Positions 58,001-64,000 of a stretch of 64,000 nucleotides of DNA are shown here, piece by piece. Every line of letters begins with the position of its first letter. The stretch's first letter is position 1. Position numbers and translations under genes: made by a program. Under the pieces are notes generated by a model, which saw nothing but the letters and a program-made list of their open reading frames with translations, searched no databases and was not told the origin of the DNA. The stretch lies in sequence record DRR723986_6657; one strand, 5' to 3'.

Positions 58001-60074
58001 GGTCAAATCGGTGGCGCTGTTCTCAGGGCTGGTCGATGTCGGCCGGTCCGGTAAGGCGAAGGTCCGCTTCGACGTGCCGGAGTTCAATGGCGAGATGCGC
58101 CTGATGGCGGTCGCCTGGTCAAAGACCGGACTCGGTTCCGCCGTCTCCACCATGACGGTGCGCGATGAAGCCCCGGCCGATCTGATCATGCCGCGCTTCC
58201 TGGCGCCGGGCGACGAGGCTGTCCTCACTGCCAGCATCGACAATGTGGAGTTGGGCGATGGCGAATTCTCGGCCCTCGTCGGTGCCACCAAAGGCGTCTC
58301 GATTGCCGACGGTAAGCTGACCCGTGTGCTGAAGACCGGCGAACGGGCTGACCTGCCCGTCCGCGTCGAGGCTGAGGATGAAGGCATCTCCACCGTCCGC
58401 CTGGATGTGGAAGGCCCCGACAAGTATGCCGTGAACCGCACCTATCAGATCCAGACACGTTCACCTTACCTGCCGGTGACGCGTGTGTCCTCGAAACTGA
58501 TGCAGCCGGGCGAGGCCTTCTCGGTCGATCCGAGCCTGCTGACGGATCTGGTGCAGGGCTCCGGCTTTGTCTCGGTGGGCTTCTCGTCCATCCCGGTCGA
58601 TGCGGCGACGCTCTATGCCTCGCTGGATCGCTATCCCTATGGCTGCACCGAACAGACGACCAGCCGCGCGTTGCCGCTGCTCTATTCGGAACAACTGGTG
58701 GCCATGGGCGCGAAGGATGCGAATGACGATCCGAAGATGAAGGTGCAGGAGGCGGTGAATACGCTGCTGAACCGTCAGGGAGCGGATGGTGCGTTCGGCC
58801 TCTGGCGGGAAGGCGACGGCTATGCCTCGCCCTGGCTCGGCGCCTATGCGACAGACTTCATCTACCGTGCCAAGGAAGCTGGCTATGCCGTGCCGGACGA
58901 GGCGATGGACCGGGCCTATGGCGCCCTGCGCCAGATCGCGACGGGCGATGCCTGGCGGGTGTATGGCTACAATACGGACGTCTATGAGAGCCGCTATTCC
59001 AACGACACGGTCGACCAGATGATGAAACGGTCCTCGGCCTATGCGCTCTATGTGCTGGCCAAGGCAGGCAAGGCGGACATTTCCCGCCTCCGTTACCTGC
59101 ACGACCGTGAACTGAAGTCGATCGACAGCCCGCTGGCACGGGCCCATATCGGCGCGGCGCTGGCGCAGCTGGGTGACAAGGCCCGTGCGAACTCCGCCTT
59201 CAAGGCGGCGGAAGACGCGCTGGGTTACAACAATACCGGCGATTATTACCAGACGCCGCTGCGGGACCTGGCCGGCGTGCTGGCGCTCGCTGCGGAGGCT
59301 GGCCAGACCAGCACGCTGGAAAGCCTGTCCGAGAAGCTCGGCAATGAATCGCCAGACCCGTCCCGCCTGACCACGCAGGAGAAATCCTTCCTCCTGCAGG
59401 CGGTGAATGATCTGGGCGCTGGCGAAGACGGCTTCCGCCTCGAGGTCGAAGGCCTTGGCCGCGGTAACAACAATGACCGCCAATATGCCCTGACCGAAGA
59501 GCAGGCCCGCGAAGGCGTGACCTTCACCCTCGGCGGCAAGGCGCCGATGTTCCGGACCGTGCTGGTGTCCGGCGCACCGACAAGTGCCCCACCCGCCGCC
59601 GCCTCGAAGATGAAGGTCGAAAAGTCCTTCTACACGCTGACAGGCGGCCGGGTGGACCTCGCCCGCGTCAATCAGGGTGACCAGCTGGTCGTGAAGCTGA
59701 CCGTTTCACCTGAGGAGCGCCGCCTGAACCCGGTGATCGTGGCGGATCTGCTGCCCGCCGGTTTCGAGATTGAGACGGTGCTGCGCCCGGCCGATGGCCG
59801 CCAGGAATACGGCCAGTCCGGCGCCTTCGCCTATCTGGGCCAGCTGGCAAACGTCCAGACCGCGCAAGCGCAGGACGACCGCTATGTGGCCGCCGTCGAT
59901 GTCTACTCGAACTCGGTGACCATGGCTTATGTGGTCCGGGCGGTGACACCGGGTGACTTCGCCATCCCGGGCGTCGTTGCCGAGGACATGTACCGCCCGG
60001 CCGTGTTCGCCCGCTCCAAGGCTGGCCGCGTGACCATCGCCCCGGCCCAGAGCGGGGCCGAAGGAGGCAGATAA
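55098..60074 (+). CDS. Bacterial alpha-2-macroglobulin (YfhM-like lipoprotein)
   Basis: Lipobox LAAC, TDRGIYRPGE, LAAVDEGIL, thioester motif YPYGCTEQ, DLLPAGFEI; followed by pbpC. Confidence 0.95.
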   Translation: MTHFIPGQGGYGKAMLIALLVGILAACGGGGKTDRSRSGAGEEGTVVQLSPADSVAARQREKRRQAAMDAREQDFTYFRYRIDTSQDEPLACFVFSAALDPEEDYSPYVEFRPAFKPALSVEGRELCVGGMSFGTERTATLLSGLPAADGRTLKNQEEVPIDFADRPPYVGFKGTGVILPRENADGLPIETVNVDKIEVTVSRINDRALAFKRISQGTTSAQGRHAWTWGEDDPDDVKEELFKGTVDVAREQNAPVITVFPLEATIGTLEPGAYFVTVKDADDIGEAVGPPASTSRWIMLTDLAITAYEGGNGIDVTLRSLRDGRPISDTTVQLIARNNDILTEGRSDQQGRVVFPAELINGQGNLAPKLILALTAKGELAALDLTRAPVDLSEEKIGGRRMPGLVDAYLYTDRGIYRPGETVKLTAMLRDSTGEAVTDRAGSLVLYRPNGLQSEKIRFEGSEAAAVLHNFELPKGASRGEWRVEVQMDGLSGTSGTVRFSVEDFVPQRIAVDLAADDETPVKLGGTRDVEVSSRFLYGAPGAGLTVKAEARVERQPNPFPEFEGFTFGRHDSNFQERILEFDDVTTDGAGNALIRLQPGNAGSNAGIPLRLNTVVSVLEPGGRAVSESVRVPYRPENLYLGLKPGFDYSVERGGDATYQVVAMDADGNAVARDLTWKVLAIDWHYDWYNDGDRWRWRRSRTVTKVNEGVLTTPDGGTGEITVSGLDWGSHELVVEGMDADSGTSASDNFYVGWGGYVSDDGVEAPDRVKVTGPARAPASGQTAEITIVPPYDGQAQIVVATDKVLSVQNISVTEGGTQVTLPVNDEWGDGAYVMVSVFTERDPVLQAKPRRAVGVTYVPLNMEARTFDVSIDAPKTARPRGEQVVEVNIGEGPREPVYLTLAAVDEGILRLTKFKSPDPVSYYYGKKALGVELFDDYGRLLDPNMGLPAEVRTGGDQLGGEGLSVVPVKSVALFSGLVDVGRSGKAKVRFDVPEFNGEMRLMAVAWSKTGLGSAVSTMTVRDEAPADLIMPRFLAPGDEAVLTASIDNVELGDGEFSALVGATKGVSIADGKLTRVLKTGERADLPVRVEAEDEGISTVRLDVEGPDKYAVNRTYQIQTRSPYLPVTRVSSKLMQPGEAFSVDPSLLTDLVQGSGFVSVGFSSIPVDAATLYASLDRYPYGCTEQTTSRALPLLYSEQLVAMGAKDANDDPKMKVQEAVNTLLNRQGADGAFGLWREGDGYASPWLGAYATDFIYRAKEAGYAVPDEAMDRAYGALRQIATGDAWRVYGYNTDVYESRYSNDTVDQMMKRSSAYALYVLAKAGKADISRLRYLHDRELKSIDSPLARAHIGAALAQLGDKARANSAFKAAEDALGYNNTGDYYQTPLRDLAGVLALAAEAGQTSTLESLSEKLGNESPDPSRLTTQEKSFLLQAVNDLGAGEDGFRLEVEGLGRGNNNDRQYALTEEQAREGVTFTLGGKAPMFRTVLVSGAPTSAPPAAASKMKVEKSFYTLTGGRVDLARVNQGDQLVVKLTVSPEERRLNPVIVADLLPAGFEIETVLRPADGRQEYGQSGAFAYLGQLANVQTAQAQDDRYVAAVDVYSNSVTMAYVVRAVTPGDFAIPGVVAEDMYRPAVFARSKAGRVTIAPAQSGAEGGR

Positions 60075-60078
60075 GGCC

Positions 60079-62139
60079 ATGCTGACAGCGCGCCGGATCT
60101 TTGTCGGCATCTTCGCGCTGTTCCTTGCCGTGGTCGTCGCGGACAGGCTGCTGCCTCCGCCACTGGAAAGGGCGGGGGGGCTGTCTGCCCTCGTGACGGA
60201 CCGGGACGGCAAGCCGCTGCGCGCCTTCGCGACGCCGGATGGCCGTTGGCGGTTCGCCGGAGATCTCGACCGCATCGACCCGGACTTCATCGACGCGCTG
60301 ATCCGCGTGGAAGACAAGCGCTTCTACCAGCACCGAGGCACTGACTGGATGGGTCTCAGCCGCGCAGCGGTAGACTCGGTGTTTGCCGGCCGCATCGTCT
60401 CTGGCGGCTCAACCCTGACCATGCAGACCGCGCGCATGCTGGAACCGCGGGACCGGAACATCGGTTCGAAGCTGATCGAGATTGCCCGGGCCTGGCAACT
60501 GGAGCGACGTCTCACCAAGGACGAGATCCTGTCACTTTACCTGTCGCTGACGCCGTATGGCGGAAACCTTGAAGGCGTGCGCGCGGCGAGCTGGAGTTAT
60601 TTCGGACATGAGGCTGACAAGCTCTCCAAGGACGAGATCGCGCTGCTGATTGCCCTGCCGCAATCGCCGGAAGTGCGCCGGCCAGACCGGCACCCGGAGA
60701 ATGCCGAACGCGCCCGTAACTGGGTGGCGGAGAAGCTCCAGCGCTATGACGTCTTCACCGAAGGCGATGTCGAGGATGTCGCTACGCTCTCCGTGCCTGG
60801 ACGGCGGCGGGATTTCCCGGACCGGGCCTGGCACGGCACCGCCAAGGCCCTGGCGGAAGGGCCGCGCGAAGATGTCCGCTCCACGCTCGATGCCGGCCTG
60901 CAGGCAGAAGTCGAACGGATCGCACTGACCCGGGCCGAAGCCGAGGGCCAAGACGTACAGGTTTCGGTGCTGGTCGTGCATGTGCCGACGCGGGCCGTGC
61001 GCGCAGTGGCAGGCTCTGCCTCGCGCGACCGGCCGGGTGGCTGGCTGGACCTGACGGCGCAGGCGCGCTCGCCGGGTTCCACGCTGAAACCCTTCATCTA
61101 TGCCATGGCCTTCGACGATGGCACCGCCGCGCCGGACACACGCGTCGCAGACTTGCCGACGCGGTTTGCCTCCTACCAGCCGGAAAACTTCGATCGCATG
61201 TTCCGCGGCGATGTCCGCGTGTCAGATGCGCTGCAGCACTCTTTAAACATTCCCGCCGTCGCGATGCTGGACCGTGTGGGGCCGGAGCGCTTCGCCGCGC
61301 AGCTTGCTTCGGCGGGCGCCCGCCCGCGCATCTCCGGCGGGGCAGAACACGAAGCCGGGCTCGCCATTGCGCTGGGCGGGGCAGGACTGACCGCGCGCGA
61401 ACTGGCCGTGCTCTATGCCGCGCTCGGCGATGATGGCGTCGCCAAGCCGCTGGTCTGGCGCGCGGATGAGGAAGCGGCAAACTATGAAGCGACCGGCAAG
61501 CGCCTCGTGAGCGGGGAGAGCGCCGGGGAAGTGCTCGACATTTTGCGCAAGGCACCGACACCGGAAGGCCGCATGCCCGGCTCACTGACGGCGCACGCGC
61601 CGCAAATCGCGTTCAAGACGGGCACATCCTATGGCTTCCGCGATGCCTGGGCGGCGGGTGTCTCTGGCCAGCACGCGATCATCGTCTGGGTCGGCCGGGC
61701 CGACGGGGCGCCGCGCGCGGGAAAAACCGGGCACGACACGGCCCTGCCGATCCTGTTTGAAGTGGCCGACCGCGTCGCCCAGCACTTGCAGGACGAGGGT
61801 GAGGCAACCATGCGGCTGACCAGCGAGAAACGCCTCTTGAAATCCCATGGCGCGATGAAGTCTCTGGAAGACGCCGGACCGCCGCAGATTCTGTTCCCGC
61901 CACAGGCCGCAGAGCTTTGGGCGGGGCCGGTCAACGGACGCTCCGCCCGCGGCTTTGTTCTGGCCGGGCGCGGCGAAGGCGGACTCAGCTGGTACATCGA
62001 TGGCAGGCCATGCGACACGGATGATGCCGGAGTTCCGGTGTGGAAGCCGGAACGGCCAGGCTTCTACACGGTAACTGCAGTAGATTCTGCAGGACGCTCT
62101 AGCCGCGTCCGTGTGCGCGTGCTGACCGGGCCTGCCTGA
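60079..62139 (+). CDS. pbpC: Penicillin-binding protein 1C
   Basis: EDKRFY, GGSTLTMQ, PYGGNLEG, PGSTLKPF, SLN, KTGTSYGFRDAW. Confidence 0.95.
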   Translation: MLTARRIFVGIFALFLAVVVADRLLPPPLERAGGLSALVTDRDGKPLRAFATPDGRWRFAGDLDRIDPDFIDALIRVEDKRFYQHRGTDWMGLSRAAVDSVFAGRIVSGGSTLTMQTARMLEPRDRNIGSKLIEIARAWQLERRLTKDEILSLYLSLTPYGGNLEGVRAASWSYFGHEADKLSKDEIALLIALPQSPEVRRPDRHPENAERARNWVAEKLQRYDVFTEGDVEDVATLSVPGRRRDFPDRAWHGTAKALAEGPREDVRSTLDAGLQAEVERIALTRAEAEGQDVQVSVLVVHVPTRAVRAVAGSASRDRPGGWLDLTAQARSPGSTLKPFIYAMAFDDGTAAPDTRVADLPTRFASYQPENFDRMFRGDVRVSDALQHSLNIPAVAMLDRVGPERFAAQLASAGARPRISGGAEHEAGLAIALGGAGLTARELAVLYAALGDDGVAKPLVWRADEEAANYEATGKRLVSGESAGEVLDILRKAPTPEGRMPGSLTAHAPQIAFKTGTSYGFRDAWAAGVSGQHAIIVWVGRADGAPRAGKTGHDTALPILFEVADRVAQHLQDEGEATMRLTSEKRLLKSHGAMKSLEDAGPPQILFPPQAAELWAGPVNGRSARGFVLAGRGEGGLSWYIDGRPCDTDDAGVPVWKPERPGFYTVTAVDSAGRSSRVRVRVLTGPA

Positions 62140-62294
62140 AAACACGGCAAAGCCACAAATGTGCCGCTTTCAGACAACACAGGCGCAACACATTCCTGTT
62201 AGGACTGTGTTTACAGGGTTACGAACCATCGGTCATTTCCCATATCAGACGGGAAGTAAAATGGTCCCGGCCTGAATGACAGAGTAGAAGTAAG

Positions 62295-62945
62295 ATGCGT
62301 ACCCGTTCACCCCAGTCTGTTGCCCTTGTTGCAGGTCTTGCCGCGATGGCGCTTGGCTTCTTTTCCAGCGCCGGTGCGCAGGATCAGGTTTCCAGCCCGG
62401 ACGCGAAACGTCTGTCGACGGCAGTGTTTGCGGGTGGCTGCTTCTGGTGCGTGGAAGCGGATTTCGACAAGGTGGACGGCGTTGTCTCGACCGTGTCCGG
62501 CTATACCGGCGGCACGGTGGTGAACCCGACCTACAAGCAGGTCTCGCACGAAAAGACAGGCCATTATGAGGCCGTCAAAGTCACTTATGATCCGGACAAG
62601 GTCAGCTATGATGCGCTGGTGGACTATTACTTCCACCACATCGATCCGACCGATGCGACCGGCCAGTTCTGCGACAAGGGTGACAGCTATCGCTCTGCCG
62701 TGTTTGTCGCCAATGGCGACCAGCGCGAAGTGGTGGAAGCCGAGATCGACATGATCAACGCGTCCGGCGTGCTGGGCACGCCTGTGGTGACGCAGATCCT
62801 CGACGCCAGCACTTTCTGGCCGGCCGAGGACTATCATCAGGACTATTACAAGAAGAACCCGCTCAAATACCGCTACTACCGCACAGCCTGCGGACGTGAT
62901 GCGCGGGTGAAGAATGTCTGGGCAGTCGCCTCATCCGGCCACTGA
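62295..62945 (+). CDS. msrA: Peptide-methionine (S)-sulfoxide reductase with signal peptide
   Basis: FAGGCFWC, SGYTGG, GHYEAV, AEDYHQDYY; N-terminal Sec-type signal. Confidence 0.93.
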   Translation: MRTRSPQSVALVAGLAAMALGFFSSAGAQDQVSSPDAKRLSTAVFAGGCFWCVEADFDKVDGVVSTVSGYTGGTVVNPTYKQVSHEKTGHYEAVKVTYDPDKVSYDALVDYYFHHIDPTDATGQFCDKGDSYRSAVFVANGDQREVVEAEIDMINASGVLGTPVVTQILDASTFWPAEDYHQDYYKKNPLKYRYYRTACGRDARVKNVWAVASSGH

Positions 62946-62953
62946 TCTGGCGA

Positions 62954-64000
62954 TCACGGATCCGGCGATTCCGATTTTGCAGGGCAGGGTGCAGGCGGGA
63001 ATTCCGTCTGGCCTTTGAACCGGTCTTCCCAGGCCGCGTCATGGACCTGCGGCTCAAATCCCGAAGCGACATAAAGGACGAAGCTGCGCGAGAGCGGACA
63101 GCCATTGCTGCGCTTGCCAAGCGGCACGGAAATCTCGCCCGCCTGTTCGAAAGTCTCGAACTCGCTGCGCAGCATTGGCCGCATCCCCGGATGGATCGAA
63201 ACGACCAGCACGCGCTGGTCCAGCGGGGCGTCGAGCGGCTGGGATTCAGAGAAGCTTTTCGGCACGCCGTAACGCCGCCAGGAGAGCAGCGGCAGGGTCC
63301 GGTCGCGGCCATAATAATCCAGCCCATGCCAGACTTCACGCTCGTCCACGAGGACGGCCGTTGCTCCCAGCGACTGGGCAATGCCGAACACATCCTTGGC
63401 GGCCTGATCCCAGCCGCGCGTGCGCTTCAGGGCATTGTCGAGGCCGAGTGCGGTCGACGATTGCAGCGGCAGGAGCGAGATCACCGCGAAGCTGAGCGCG
63501 AGCACACCGTGCAGGCCAATGCTGAACCAGAGCAGGCCGGACGGGCGGTATTTCACCATGGTTGCGAACAGCAGAAGGCCGCCACTCACCAGAACGCCGA
63601 GCCCGAGGCGCACCAAGACGCTGAGGTCCGGCACGAACTGAAGCGCCACAAAGGTGAGCCCCGCCACGATGAGCCAGAGGTTCCGGTTGGGGCGAGCGCG
63701 CACCAGCCAGGCCGCAACCAGCACGCTGGCGGCGGGGTAGGCCGTTGCCGCCCAGTTCGCATTCGCGCGGGAGAGGACGGCCTGGCCGAGAATGATGATC
63801 AGGACCGGCAGGATGAAGCACAACAGCCAACGGTCCCGCCCCATGATGCCTTCATCCTGGGACCGGATCACGAACAGCCCGGAGACGAGCGCCAGGAAAC
63901 TGACCGGCCCGAACACGCCCAGCTGGTCGACCAGGAAGGTCAGTGCGTTTTCAGGATTGATCAGGTCTCCGCCGAGATTGGCATTGTCGACCGTGTGACT
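62954..64000 (-). CDS. GT39/ArnT-like membrane glycosyltransferase, 5' part outside the window
   Basis: The frame is open from base 64000 (SHTVDNANLGGD...FLVDQLGVFGP). Multiple TM segments and ANANWAATAY. Confidence 0.7.
   Translation of the reverse strand, partial: SHTVDNANLGGDLINPENALTFLVDQLGVFGPVSFLALVSGLFVIRSQDEGIMGRDRWLLCFILPVLIIILGQAVLSRANANWAATAYPAASVLVAAWLVRARPNRNLWLIVAGLTFVALQFVPDLSVLVRLGLGVLVSGGLLLFATMVKYRPSGLLWFSIGLHGVLALSFAVISLLPLQSSTALGLDNALKRTRGWDQAAKDVFGIAQSLGATAVLVDEREVWHGLDYYGRDRTLPLLSWRRYGVPKSFSESQPLDAPLDQRVLVVSIHPGMRPMLRSEFETFEQAGEISVPLGKRSNGCPLSRSFVLYVASGFEPQVHDAAWEDRFKGQTEFPPAPCPAKSESPDP

Noticed and set aside
1-64000. CRISPR array, tRNA/rRNA, IS or integrase
   Set aside because: No regularly spaced repeats, tRNA cloverleaf signatures or transposase/recombinase motifs were recognised by eye; a tRNAscan/ISEScan run would be definitive.

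Overview
GC-rich alphaproteobacterial chromosome segment. The gene content (tad/cpa pili, CtrA/GANTC-type signals, split dcw cluster) suggests Caulobacterales/Hyphomonadaceae, Hyphomonas-like; this is an inference. In order the window holds: the 3' end of a sigma54 activator; a MarR-GNAT fusion; an MFS transporter; oxyR; an ~840-bp structured intergenic region; a dcw cluster running mraZ-rsmH-ftsL-ftsI-murE-murF-mraY-murD-ftsW-murG-murC that stops before murB/ddl/ftsQAZ; a Tad/Cpa pilus locus, including a 51-aa Flp pilin missing from the ORF track; an M17 aminopeptidase; an arsenic operon (arsR, arsI-like, acr3, an ArsC-VOC fusion, Grx-type arsC); a mixed accessory stretch (pnuC, a low-GC HEPN-like gene, an epoxide hydrolase, a TonB receptor with a Fur-like box, a flavodoxin-like gene, a Rieske oxygenase); LPS glycosyltransferases; infC-rpmI-rplT-pheS-pheT; a K+ channel; alpha-2-macroglobulin-pbpC; a secreted MsrA; and a partial GT39-like gene. 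The most striking unannotated signals are (1) a 53-aa very basic ORF inside the rpmI-rplT transcription unit, a candidate lineage-specific ribosomal or RNA-binding protein, (2) a multi-hairpin candidate sRNA with C-rich anti-SD loops divergent from oxyR, (3) an arsenate reductase-VOC fusion, and (4) an orphan low-GC HEPN-motif gene. No CRISPR array, rRNA, tRNA or transposase was recognised.
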